Shown piece after piece: positions 16,008 through 24,130 of a stretch of DNA of 42,455 nt; the stretch's first letter is position 1; each line of letters opens with the position of its first letter. The stretch lies in IMG/VR virus record IMGVR_UViG_3300029515_000012, positions 1 to 42,455 of that record. The stretch is one strand, 5' to 3'. A program made the position numbers and the translations under genes. This DNA comes from a virus. The notes below the pieces were generated by a model. It saw only the letters and a list, made by a program, of their open reading frames with translations, ran no database searches and was not told the origin of the DNA.

Positions 16008-16115
16008 ATGCAGGACACTTCATTCAGCCCGGACGAAATCAGAAAAATCATCGAAAAGCTAAAGAGTGACCCTGCATTTCGTCAGAAAGTCCTCGTTATT
16101 CTTAATAAGGATTAG
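16008..16115 (+). CDS. Small ORF (35 aa) with a strong RBS, convergently overlapping the CI-like gene stop
   Basis: TAAGGAGGA lies 8 nt before the ATG. MQDTSFSPDEIRKIIEKLKSDPAFRQKVLVILNKD. Confidence 0.35.
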   Translation: MQDTSFSPDEIRKIIEKLKSDPAFRQKVLVILNKD

Positions 16116-16447
16116 AGAAGTTCTCGGATAGCGTTCTTTTTCGCTTCCGAAGCTCCAAGAATCCGTCTTACAAGCTCAGCGTCTTCAGGAGACAGGCTGG
16201 ACAAGTCCACGCCCTCCGGGGTGCTGGGCTTTTCTTTTTGTTCTTCGCCCATAAGCTCTTCAATAGAAATTCGTAGAAAATCAGACACAAGCAGTAGCTT
16301 ATCTTTCGGCGGATAGCGCTTTCCATTAGCCCATTTTCCTACTGTTCCGTTGGCAAATTTCAAATCTTTCTCCATTTTTGTAATGGAGCTTCCTTGATTT
16401 TTGCACGATACACGGATGAATTCTACCAGCTCAGGCAAAGAACGCAT
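16112..16447 (-). CDS. CI-like XRE-family repressor
   Basis: HTH SSITKMEKDLKFANGTVGKWANG. ATG 16447 lies 6 nt after GGAGGAG. Divergent from the Cro-like gene. Confidence 0.8.
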   Translation of the reverse strand: MRSLPELVEFIRVSCKNQGSSITKMEKDLKFANGTVGKWANGKRYPPKDKLLLVSDFLRISIEELMGEEQKEKPSTPEGVDLSSLSPEDAELVRRILGASEAKKNAIRELL

Positions 16448-16461
16448 AAAAAACTCCTCCA

Positions 16462-16506
16462 ATAGCCTAATTTTCTATTGACAACTAGAAAATTAGGCTA
16501 TATAAT
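16462..16506 (+). promoter_or_regulatory. Early rightward promoter TTGACA-17-TATAAT embedded in a perfect 16-bp inverted-repeat operator
   Basis: ATAGCCTAATTTTCTA-ttgacaac-TAGAAAATTAGGCTAT. -35 at 16478-16483 and -10 at 16501-16506. Confidence 0.8.
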
Positions 16507-16641
16507 AGAGAGCGTAAGGAGCAAACAAAACCAAAGCCCCTGACAATATTATATCGGGCAGACGCTAGATTTTATTCACTTTGTACCTCGCAACTACATA
16601 GTAGCATATTTTCTAGTGATTTTCAAGCCCGGAAAGGAGAA

Positions 16642-16875
16642 TTGCTAGTGAATGTATCAAAAATTGACCAGTTTTGCAAGTTGCACGGGCTGAGCCGCAC
16701 CGATCTGGAGGCGGCGGCGGGCCTGAGCAACGGCGCAATCGGAAAGTGGGAGCGCTCGATTTACGGGCCCAGCCTTTCACAGCTGCTCAAGCTCGCAAGG
16801 TATTTCAAGGTTACACTGAACGAGCTTGTGGTCTACGATGAGGAAGGAAAAGAAAAGGAGAATACAAGTGCCTGA
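16642..16875 (+). CDS. Cro-like XRE-family HTH protein
   Basis: LSRTDLEAAAGLSNGAIGKWERS HTH. An alternative GTG start at 16648 follows AAAGGAGA. Confidence 0.75.
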   Translation: MLVNVSKIDQFCKLHGLSRTDLEAAAGLSNGAIGKWERSIYGPSLSQLLKLARYFKVTLNELVVYDEEGKEKENTSA

Positions 16876-17065
16876 TTTTGAAACATTTTTGCTTGCGCTT
16901 GCATCGATTGCGCTCATTGTCGTTGCTTTTGGCTTTTCGTGGTCCGTCATTTCCGGCCTTTGGTGGCTTATCTGCATGCTCATCGGTTGGGAGTTCTCTT
17001 TCGGCGTGGCCACCGCAATCTGGATTGTGGCGATGCTTCTGAAATGGGTGACAAGCCATGATTAA
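16868..17065 (+). CDS. Small membrane protein (2 TM, 65 aa)
   Basis: GTG lies 7 nt after AAGGAGA. Hydrophobic LLALASIALIVVAFGF and VATAIWIVAMLL. Confidence 0.5.
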   Translation: MPDFETFLLALASIALIVVAFGFSWSVISGLWWLICMLIGWEFSFGVATAIWIVAMLLKWVTSHD

Positions 17066-17267
17066 GCCCGAACCGTGGACTGGCCGTCTGATTGGCCGGA
17101 TGCACAACAACCAGATTACAGTAGACGACGTAGCAAAGCATCTTGGATTTTCGAGAAGCTACTGTTCACTGATTTTGAACAGCAAGCGCAACCCTCCCGG
17201 CATTCGGGAAAAGATGGAAACTGCCGTCAGCGAGATCATCAAGGAAAAGGAGGACAAAACGGCATGA
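17058..17267 (+). CDS. Small HTH DNA-binding protein
   Basis: ITVDDVAKHLGFSRSYCSLILN HTH-like segment. Confidence 0.5.
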   Translation: MIKPEPWTGRLIGRMHNNQITVDDVAKHLGFSRSYCSLILNSKRNPPGIREKMETAVSEIIKEKEDKTA

Positions 17268-18076
17268 GTGAATTAAACAATCTCATCCCCATTAGCTACG
17301 ACAACCCGGAGCGCCCAACGGTGAGCGGCCGGGAGCTGCACGACTTCTTAGAAGTCACGACCCGGTACAACGATTGGTTTAACCGTATGACCGAGTATGG
17401 TTTCACTGAGGGCGAGGACTATTACTCATTTTTGAGTAATAGGTCTGACGGTCTGGCAGGCAAACCCCGCACCGACCACCAGCTCACCATCCCGATGGCG
17501 AAGGAGCTGTGCATGATCCAGCGCAACGAGCGTGGCAAGCAGGCCCGGCAATATTTCTTGGCCGTGGAGGCGCAGTGGAACAGCCCGGAAGCGGTCATGC
17601 GCCGTGCGGTGCTTATTGCAGACCGCAAAGTGAAAGAGCTGCAAAGCGTGAACCGCAGCCTGCTGGCCGAGAACAACGACCTGAAGCCGGATGCGGAGTA
17701 TGCCCGGGCGGTGTGCGTGGGCAAGAACTGCCGCACCACTACCAGCCTTGCCAAGGATTACGGCCTGAGCGCCGAGAAACTCAACAGCATCCTCCACGGA
17801 CTGAAGATCCAGTACAAGACCAGCGACGGCCAGTGGGTGCTATACGCCAAGTATTGCGGCAAGGGCTACACCAAAAACCGCAAATCCACGCCGTTCCAGC
17901 ACAAGAGCACCGGCGAGTGGGACACCAAGAACACCACCGTATGGACGGAAGCCGGACAGCGGTTTATCTATGAGCAGCTCAAGGCCGTGGGAATGCTGCC
18001 CAGCGTGGAGCGCAGGCAGAGCGTGGAGCAGATGGAGCTTGCCGCCCGGCAGCGCGACCAGGACGGCGTGGCGTAA
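17264..18076 (+). CDS. Antirepressor (AntA/ORF6N-type N-domain plus KilA-C-type C-domain)
   Basis: RPTVSGRELHDFLEVTTRYNDWFNRMTEYGFTEGEDY and the C-terminal TTSLAKDYGLSAEKLNSILH pattern. ATGA overlap start at 17264. Confidence 0.75.
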   Translation: MSELNNLIPISYDNPERPTVSGRELHDFLEVTTRYNDWFNRMTEYGFTEGEDYYSFLSNRSDGLAGKPRTDHQLTIPMAKELCMIQRNERGKQARQYFLAVEAQWNSPEAVMRRAVLIADRKVKELQSVNRSLLAENNDLKPDAEYARAVCVGKNCRTTTSLAKDYGLSAEKLNSILHGLKIQYKTSDGQWVLYAKYCGKGYTKNRKSTPFQHKSTGEWDTKNTTVWTEAGQRFIYEQLKAVGMLPSVERRQSVEQMELAARQRDQDGVA

Positions 18077-18106
18077 GGATACAAACTTATTTTGGAGGTT
18101 ACTATT

Positions 18107-18808
18107 ATGAAAAAAGCTACTACTAACGAGACCACGTTTATCTGCGTCAAGCCTATCATTAAGGCTGAGTGCACTATTCGCATTGTGGGCGACAGCCCCC
18201 TGCTGGTGCATGCATGGAGTGAGAAGGCCAAGAAGGAGATGCTGCAGGGCCAGCAGGGCAAGAAGCTGCTGAAAAAGGACAAGGTTGCCAAGAACCCGGC
18301 GGGCGAGTGTGCCGAAGCTCTCTACTGGCTGGATGGCAAGCCGGACATTGATTACAGCGACTGGACGGAAGATTTGCTGCACCAGTACGGCAAGACGGCT
18401 CGCTTTGGCTTCCCGGCCTGCGCCGTCAAGGCTGCTGCCATTTCCGCAGCATACCGCATTGGCGCGATGAAGAACAAGGTCACCGGCAACGGTCTGTTCC
18501 ACGTTTTCGGCATCGATGACCCGGAATTTATCGAGATCAAGACCTTCGATGAAAGCAAGCCCAAGTTTGAGATGGCAGAGGACGAGGTGAAAATCGGCAT
18601 GGGTACCTCTGACCTGCGTTACCGCCCGAAGTTTTACAACTGGTACGCAGATCTGCGCATTGAGTACAACAGCGGCAGCGGCATGATCGACCTGGACAGT
18701 ATCCTGAACATGATCGAGCTGGGCGGCGACATGTGCGGCCTGGGCGAGTGGCGCATTGAGAAGGGCGGCAGCTGCGGCAAGTTCCACGTCAACAAGAACT
18801 TTGATTGA
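18107..18808 (+). CDS. Hypothetical conserved early protein (233 aa)
   Basis: GGAGGT lies 9 nt before ATG 18107. No family recognised. Confidence 0.6.
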   Translation: MKKATTNETTFICVKPIIKAECTIRIVGDSPLLVHAWSEKAKKEMLQGQQGKKLLKKDKVAKNPAGECAEALYWLDGKPDIDYSDWTEDLLHQYGKTARFGFPACAVKAAAISAAYRIGAMKNKVTGNGLFHVFGIDDPEFIEIKTFDESKPKFEMAEDEVKIGMGTSDLRYRPKFYNWYADLRIEYNSGSGMIDLDSILNMIELGGDMCGLGEWRIEKGGSCGKFHVNKNFD

Positions 18809-18815
18809 TCTGGCT

Positions 18816-19145
18816 GGCTAGGCGAGCCAAGGCGGGCATTGGCATGTTAAGCTTCGGCAGGGCCGGTTAGGCGAGCTACGGCGTTGTGTGGCTAGGTACG
18901 GCAGTCATGGTTAGGAGCGGCGGAGTGAGGAAGGCTCCGGTTAGGCTGGCAGGGCTAGGAATGCCGAGGATTGGAAAGTCAAGGCGTGGCTGTTATGGAC
19001 AGGCTAGTTTCGGAAGGTTTTGACCGGGTTTGGATTGGCTGGTTCGGTTAGGCGGGTTAAGTCTGTGTGGGGCGCATTATGGCAAGGCTGGTGGGGCGAG
19101 TTGAGGTACGTCATGCTCGGGTGGCTTCTGGATGGGCTGGTTAGG
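18816..19145 (+). repeat. Iteron-like array of 8 perfect GGYTAGG heptamers (plus 2 variants), all on one strand, in a G-rich, C-poor non-coding region
   Basis: Copies start at 18816, 18865, 18890, 18909, 18939, 18953, 19046 and 19139. Variants at 19002 and 19055. Confidence 0.8.
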
Positions 19146-19224
19146 TGAGGTCTGTTCGGCTCAGGCATGTTTTGCCGTGTTTCGGCTGGCATGGAATGCC
19201 AAAATCAAAAACAGGAGGTTGCAT

Positions 19225-19788
19225 ATGAAAAATGTCAAAGGTTATGCGTGGAAAAACGAGCGCACAGCAGCGTTCTACCACGCAACCGCAGAACAGGCGC
19301 ATGAAGCGTTTGAAGAAATCCGCAGGCGGGACGGCAAACTAACCCCGGCGGCGGTGGTGGACAGCGCAAGGCCGGAGGAATCGGTGCTGCATGAGGACTT
19401 CGAGTGGCGGGACGATGTTGCCGCCGAGAAGTACCGGCAGGGGCAGGCCCGCCAGATGGTCGGCGCGGTGCGCATTATCCGCGAGGAGCGCCCGCCGGTG
19501 CGGGCATACGTCAATGTCAAGGTAGTTTCTTCCCTTCCGCTGAAAGCCGCTGATTGCATCCGGGAAGCGGATGAAGAGCCGGAGCAGGCTACCGAGGAAG
19601 AGAATGAGGGCCGCTGCTATATGCCGCTGGAAGAGGTTTTGCAAAAGCCAGACCTCTGCAATCAGATGATGGCAGATGCCCGGCGGGATGCTCAGACCTA
19701 TAAGCAGAAATACAGCACTTTGGCAAGCCTTGCAAGCATCATGCAGGCTATCGACCAGACGTTTGAGGAGGACACCGCCCATGAGTGA
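19225..19788 (+). CDS. Hypothetical protein (187 aa)
   Basis: ACAGGAGG RBS 8 nt before ATG 19225. The track start at 19132 lies inside the repeat region. Confidence 0.6.
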   Translation: MKNVKGYAWKNERTAAFYHATAEQAHEAFEEIRRRDGKLTPAAVVDSARPEESVLHEDFEWRDDVAAEKYRQGQARQMVGAVRIIREERPPVRAYVNVKVVSSLPLKAADCIREADEEPEQATEEENEGRCYMPLEEVLQKPDLCNQMMADARRDAQTYKQKYSTLASLASIMQAIDQTFEEDTAHE

Positions 19789-19967
19789 AAAAATCATCGC
19801 CTACAAGGCCATGGACAAAAATATGCAGTGCCGTGGCAAGCAGTACGAAGTGGGCAAGACCTACCATGAGGACAAAGCTGATTGCTGCCACGCTGGTATG
19901 CACGCCCATCAGAGAAAACGTTTACTATACCCTCAAAAATGGCGAGTTTGTGGAGGCTGAGCCGTGA
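19781..19967 (+). pseudogene. Frameshifted, truncated remnant of a phage gene
   Basis: MSEKIIAYKAMDKNMQCRGKQYEVGKTYHEDKADCCHAGMHA (frame A) appears to continue as PIRENVYYTLKNGEFVEAEP in another frame (track ORF 19785..19967). Confidence 0.35.
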
Positions 19968-20081
19968 AGAAGCATTACAACAAGCGCTGGCTAGAGCAGC
20001 GTTGGGACGCAAGGCAGCCGGAGCGGTTGGAGCATATCCGGCTGAAACGGCAGCTGAGAACAAAAAAGGAGGTGGACGATA

Positions 20082-20318
20082 ATGAAGCCGAGCATGGGAA
20101 TCGCAGAGTGCTGCCAGATCATGCGTGATAACAACATTTCGGTGAGTGAGCCAAATTTAAAGGCGATGATTCAGGCGGGTAGCTTTCCCCAGTGGGCGGT
20201 GCCATCCGTTGGCACGGACAATGCGGCTCCGTTGATTTCTCGTGCCGGATTTGTGGCGTGGGTGAAGGACTTTTACAAGCTCGAAAAGGTTTACACAAAG
20301 GAGGATCCGAAAGAATGA
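20082..20318 (+). CDS. Excisionase-like / MerR-type HTH DNA-binding protein
   Basis: AAGGAGGT RBS. MGIAECCQIMRDNNISVSEPNLKAMIQAGSFP...ISRAGFVAWVKDF fits the small excisionase-type HTH pattern. Confidence 0.5.
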   Translation: MKPSMGIAECCQIMRDNNISVSEPNLKAMIQAGSFPQWAVPSVGTDNAAPLISRAGFVAWVKDFYKLEKVYTKEDPKE

Positions 20319-20599
20319 AACTCAAATCTACTACTTACTACTGGTTGGCTGTCGTTTTTGGCGGCGTTGGAATGGGCACAGCTATGGGCGCAGAGGGCAC
20401 CGCGCAGACCACCGGATATATCTCCGGCACGCTGTTTGCGGTGTCGCTGGTGCTGATTTTGGCCGCTGTTCTGCTGGCTCGTCTGGGCTTTGCCGCAGAG
20501 GACAGGGAGAGAGCCGCAAAGCGGCGAAAGTACGGCAAGATCAACCGCACCCACGCCCGCAACCAGGAATACCCGGAGAATCAGGAGCGTGGGGCATGA
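20315..20599 (+). CDS. Small membrane protein (2 TM)
   Basis: ATGA overlap. YYWLAVVFGGVGMGTAMG and LFAVSLVLILAAVLLA. Confidence 0.55.
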   Translation: MKLKSTTYYWLAVVFGGVGMGTAMGAEGTAQTTGYISGTLFAVSLVLILAAVLLARLGFAAEDRERAAKRRKYGKINRTHARNQEYPENQERGA

Positions 20600-20805
20600 T
20601 GACGGCCAAAGAGTACGTTGAGGGCAAAGTCAAGTCCTACACGCGGCTTGCCGAACGCTGCAGGCGAGAAGCCGAATCCTCAGACGACATTGTTGTTCGG
20701 GCCGGATGCTCCGCACGGGCAAACGTCTGGGAGATGTGCGCCGAAGAAATGGACAACGTGCGTGAGATGCTGCAAGAGGAGTCCGGGGAGATCACGTATG
20801 CCTGA
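20596..20805 (+). CDS. Hypothetical protein (69 aa)
   Basis: ATGA overlap with the previous gene. Confidence 0.5.
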   Translation: MMTAKEYVEGKVKSYTRLAERCRREAESSDDIVVRAGCSARANVWEMCAEEMDNVREMLQEESGEITYA

Positions 20806-21061
20806 CACTGTCCACCATGTCATGTGGTACACCGTCTGGGATGCCAAGACCGGAGATCTGGTAGCATCCGGCACGGCGGCAATGTGCGCCCGACGGCTGG
20901 GGTATTCCAGCTCCGGCAGCTTCGCCAGCGCAGTGAGCCACTGGCTGCACGACGGAAGCCGACACGTCAAGTACACCATCCGGCGGGAACGCATTCCCCG
21001 CAGCGAGGTGGACAGCCTGCCGCAGCGTCGCAAGCGTAAAAAAGAAGCAGCCTGCCCGTGA
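20798..21061 (+). CDS. Hypothetical small basic protein (87 aa)
   Basis: ATG at 20798 overlaps the previous stop by 8 nt. Basic C-terminal tail QRRKRKKE. Confidence 0.5.
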   Translation: MPDTVHHVMWYTVWDAKTGDLVASGTAAMCARRLGYSSSGSFASAVSHWLHDGSRHVKYTIRRERIPRSEVDSLPQRRKRKKEAACP

Positions 21062-21142
21062 TACCAGCACGGACAGACCACAAGGTGACGGGGTTCCAGA
21101 CCTCCATCACCACAAAGATATCACAAACAGGAGGTTTTTACA

Positions 21143-21337
21143 ATGCATGACGTGGCATTTTACTATTGCTACGGACACCGCAAAGAGCACTGCAGCATTG
21201 ACGTGCAATGCTTCGAGGGCGAGCCGGTCAAGGCCAGCGTGGACGCCCAGCACTGGGCAGATGAGCAGATCCAGACCGGCGAATACAGCCAGATCGACGT
21301 CAAGGACGCCCTGGGCAACCTGATCTATTCGAGGTGA
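21143..21337 (+). CDS. Hypothetical protein (64 aa)
   Basis: ACAGGAGG RBS. Confidence 0.5.
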   Translation: MHDVAFYYCYGHRKEHCSIDVQCFEGEPVKASVDAQHWADEQIQTGEYSQIDVKDALGNLIYSR

Positions 21338-21343
21338 ATATTT

Positions 21344-21988
21344 ATGCAGAAAGAACGCATGAAGCGTATGACCAAGAGGGAGCGCGTCAAAGACCTTTCC
21401 AACAAGGCCGAGGGTATTTACTACTATGTCGGCCCGCAGCACATGACGTTCCGGCTCATCAATGCCGGAAATGACCTCGCAAGCGAGATCAACCACGCAG
21501 TGTCCTTTTTCACGACGTTCGCCGAAAAAGGGCACATGGACGATACTTTCAGCCGAGCCGTGATTGACAACATTTACAGGATGGTCGGAAGGATGATGTG
21601 CGATATTGACATCATCCACGCAGCGGGCGGCGCGGAGGTCATGCCTGAACCGTACGAAAGCATTGATTTTTGTTACGGGAATGAGTACCGTACCCTGCTG
21701 CATGAGGCAGTCATCAATGGCTTGCCAGACAACTACAAGGGGCCTCAGCAGAATCCGAATGTGATAAACCTTGTAAAGCCGTCTGTGTCCTTTAAAGACC
21801 CCATGGAAAAGTTCGACTTTGACCCTGACGAATACAATGACGGCGAATTTATGAGCTTTACCGAGCACGAAGAGCCGCGCGACCGCAAAATTGTGTTTCA
21901 CTGCACAAAGTCGGATCTGGATGCGATCAAGCGCTTTGCAAATATCATTCAAATCAAATTCACAGAGGAGGAAATCCACCATGCCTGA
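21344..21988 (+). CDS. Hypothetical protein (214 aa) immediately upstream of RecT
   Basis: 8-nt overlap with RecT. No nuclease motif recognised by eye. Confidence 0.6.
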   Translation: MQKERMKRMTKRERVKDLSNKAEGIYYYVGPQHMTFRLINAGNDLASEINHAVSFFTTFAEKGHMDDTFSRAVIDNIYRMVGRMMCDIDIIHAAGGAEVMPEPYESIDFCYGNEYRTLLHEAVINGLPDNYKGPQQNPNVINLVKPSVSFKDPMEKFDFDPDEYNDGEFMSFTEHEEPRDRKIVFHCTKSDLDAIKRFANIIQIKFTEEEIHHA

Positions 21989-22631
21989 TACCGCTGCCAA
22001 ACTAATCACTGTCGAACAGCAACAGCCTGCGCAGGTGCATGAAAATGCTATCCCCCAGGCAATTTCAGAAGAAACCACCATTCAGAATTCCAACGCGAGC
22101 GCCGCAATCAGCAGTTGGAAGCTTGCTTGCAGCATGGGGAAAGCCTACGCTCAGCTTCCGGACGGCATGGTTCCGCAGAGCTATAAAGGCAACGTTGCTG
22201 CCTGTGCCGTTGCCTGCAATATGGCAGCCAGAATGGGCATGGACCCGGCCTTCGTCATGCAGAATCTGTATGTCGTGCGGGGTAATCCGTCCTGGAGCGG
22301 CAAGAGCTGCAAAGCCCTGATTGATAATTCCGGACAGTTTGCCGGTCGCACCCGCTACCGCATGGAGGGCGAGGAAGGCAAGGACAACTGGGGATGCCGC
22401 CTGATCGGTGTGGACAAGGTCACCGGTGAGAAAATCGAGGGGCCGAAGGTCACGGTTAAAATGGCAAAGGACTCCGGGTGGTGGGACAAGCCCAACAGCT
22501 TCTGGCCCAAGATGACCGAGATGATGCTCAAGTATCGCGCAGCCGCTTATTTTGCCCGCGCGGAGTGCCCGGAGGTCCTCATGGGTGCAAATGTTGACTG
22601 TGAATCTTACGAAGCCCCGATGGAGGATTGA
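21981..22631 (+). CDS. recT: RecT-family single-strand annealing protein
   Basis: MAARMGMDPAFVMQNLYVVRGNPSWSGKSCKALI and KYRAAAYFARAECPEVLMG are typical RecT blocks. Followed by SSB. Confidence 0.75.
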   Translation: MPDTAAKLITVEQQQPAQVHENAIPQAISEETTIQNSNASAAISSWKLACSMGKAYAQLPDGMVPQSYKGNVAACAVACNMAARMGMDPAFVMQNLYVVRGNPSWSGKSCKALIDNSGQFAGRTRYRMEGEEGKDNWGCRLIGVDKVTGEKIEGPKVTVKMAKDSGWWDKPNSFWPKMTEMMLKYRAAAYFARAECPEVLMGANVDCESYEAPMED

Positions 22632-22634
22632 TGC

Positions 22635-23108
22635 ATGCTTAACGTTGTAGCCATCATGGGCCGCCTTGTGGCGGACCCGGAACTCAAGACCACCACGCAG
22701 GGCACCAGCGTGTGCCGTTTCCGCATTGCCTGCGACCGAAGCTATGTCCGTCAGGGCGAGGAACGCAAGGCCGATTTTATTGACATTGCCGCATGGCGGC
22801 AGACTGCCGAGTTCGTCTGTAAGTATTTCCAGAAGGGCAGCCTGATCGTCATCGACGGCAGCATCCAGACCCGCCAGTATCAGGACAAGAACGGCAACAA
22901 CCGCACCGCTTTCGAGGTCGTGGCCAACAATGTGAGCTTTGCGGGCGCAAAGGCGGCGGGGAAGTCCGCTGCACGGAGTTTTGAGCAGCAGACGCAAAGT
23001 TATGCACAGCAGGCAAACGCCTCTCACAGCGCACCGCAGGCCGGTTACGCGCAGGGCGAGCCGGACGACTTTGACGAGATCACCGACGACGGCGACCTGC
23101 CGTTCTGA
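22635..23108 (+). CDS. ssb: Single-stranded DNA-binding protein
   Basis: MLNVVAIMGRLVADPELK OB-fold N-terminus, Gln/Ala linker, and acidic tip DDGDLPF. Confidence 0.92.
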   Translation: MLNVVAIMGRLVADPELKTTTQGTSVCRFRIACDRSYVRQGEERKADFIDIAAWRQTAEFVCKYFQKGSLIVIDGSIQTRQYQDKNGNNRTAFEVVANNVSFAGAKAAGKSAARSFEQQTQSYAQQANASHSAPQAGYAQGEPDDFDEITDDGDLPF

Positions 23109-23166
23109 TAACTGGCAAAGCGCTGTGCTATCTGGCGTTACGGGCGTGCAAGGAAGGAGGTGGAGC

Positions 23167-23976
23167 ATGGAAGAGGAAGTAAGGCCAAAGGCTTTGATGA
23201 TCCCGTTTGACAAGTTCGTCATTCTGGATATCCTCCCGCCGGAACAGTACAAAAACGTGGTCACCCAGATGCGGCAGTATGTGGAGCTGAATCGGGAGCC
23301 GGAAGAGCTGCAACCCATCGAGCGCATGGCATTTGAAGCACTACGCCCGTTCATGAACGAAAATATTAAAACGTATAAACGCAAAATTGACGCGCAGCAC
23401 ACGAACGGCAGCAAAGGCGGCAGACCGAAAAAGCCAAAAGAACCCAACGAAACCCATGGGTTTTCTGAGAAACCCAACGAAACCCATGGGTTTTCTGAGA
23501 AACCCAACGAAACCCATGGGGCACCAAAGTACAAAGTACAAAGTACAAAGTACAAATCTAATACTGACGTATTAGAGAGAGATGGAGACGCTGACGCGTC
23601 TACTACCCCCTCCCCAGCAAAATCGAACCGTTTCCATCCGCCGGATGCTGTGGAGGTCAAGGCGTACTTTACCGAAAAAGGCGGCACGACAGAGCAGGCC
23701 CAGAGGTTCCTGGATTTTTACGAATCCAACGGGTGGAAGGTGGGTAAGAACCCCATGAAGAGCTGGAAGGCAGCTGCATCCTGCTGGATCTCGCGGGACA
23801 AGGAGCGGCAAAAAGCCCCTGCGTTCCAGCGCAACCCGGTTCGGTACGTTTCCCGCCCGCCGGAGGAAGCCGAGAAGGCCGTGGATTTCATGAGGGACGC
23901 ACCGGACCGCACCATGAAGTGGCTCGAGAAGCGAAAAAAGGAGGAAGAGAATGCCCCGATACAAGGTGATCCTTGA
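23167..23976 (+). CDS. Replication-associated protein (replisome-organizer / DnaD-like C-terminal domain) containing internal DNA repeats
   Basis: GGAGGTGG RBS before ATG 23167. C-terminal FLDFYESNGWKVGKNPMKSWKAAASCWISRD motif. Repeats at 23441-23552. Confidence 0.55.
   Translation: MEEEVRPKALMIPFDKFVILDILPPEQYKNVVTQMRQYVELNREPEELQPIERMAFEALRPFMNENIKTYKRKIDAQHTNGSKGGRPKKPKEPNETHGFSEKPNETHGFSEKPNETHGAPKYKVQSTKYKSNTDVLERDGDADASTTPSPAKSNRFHPPDAVEVKAYFTEKGGTTEQAQRFLDFYESNGWKVGKNPMKSWKAAASCWISRDKERQKAPAFQRNPVRYVSRPPEEAEKAVDFMRDAPDRTMKWLEKRKKEEENAPIQGDP
23441..23521 (+). repeat. 30-bp tandem repeat x2.7, each unit carrying the 14-bp perfect palindrome AAACCCATGGGTTT
   Basis: aacccaacgaaacccatgggttttctgaga at 23441 and 23471, with a partial copy at 23501. 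Encodes the peptide PNETHGFSEK repeated. Confidence 0.9.
23525..23552 (+). repeat. 7-bp tandem repeat CAAAGTA x4
   Basis: Read directly. Lies in-gene, giving the 21-bp periodic peptide KYKVQST. Confidence 0.9.
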
Positions 23977-24130
23977 GTGCAGCGGCCCGGTTGGAGATGC
24001 AGCACTCACCTACCGCATGACGGCATCCAGTCCGCAGGCGGCAGAATTCAGGGCCTGCCAGATGGCGGGCGACCACTACCCAGAGTATACGGATATTCAG
24101 GCCAAGAGAATGGAGGTCGAATCCCCATGA
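23951..24130 (+). CDS. Hypothetical protein (59 aa)
   Basis: AAGGAGGAAG RBS before ATG 23951. Below the track cutoff. Confidence 0.5.
   Translation: MPRYKVILECSGPVGDAALTYRMTASSPQAAEFRACQMAGDHYPEYTDIQAKRMEVESP

Noticed and set aside
19964-20128. 54-aa basic ORF starting at GTG 19964 (VKKHYNKRWLEQRWDARQPERLEHIRLKRQ...) and track ORF 19882..20082
   Set aside because: There is no clear RBS. It would overlap the well-supported 20082 gene and its RBS by 47 nt. All three frames are open in this GC-rich stretch, so it is left unassigned.
23441-23552. CRISPR-like appearance of the 30-bp repeats
   Set aside because: The units are directly tandem with no spacers. Only 2.7 copies are present, in frame inside a gene, and there are no cas genes.
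22065-23687. 540-aa minus-strand ORF
   Set aside because: It is antisense to RecT, SSB and the replisome-organizer-like gene. Its repetitive PWVSLGFSEN peptide is just the reverse complement of the 30-bp repeat.
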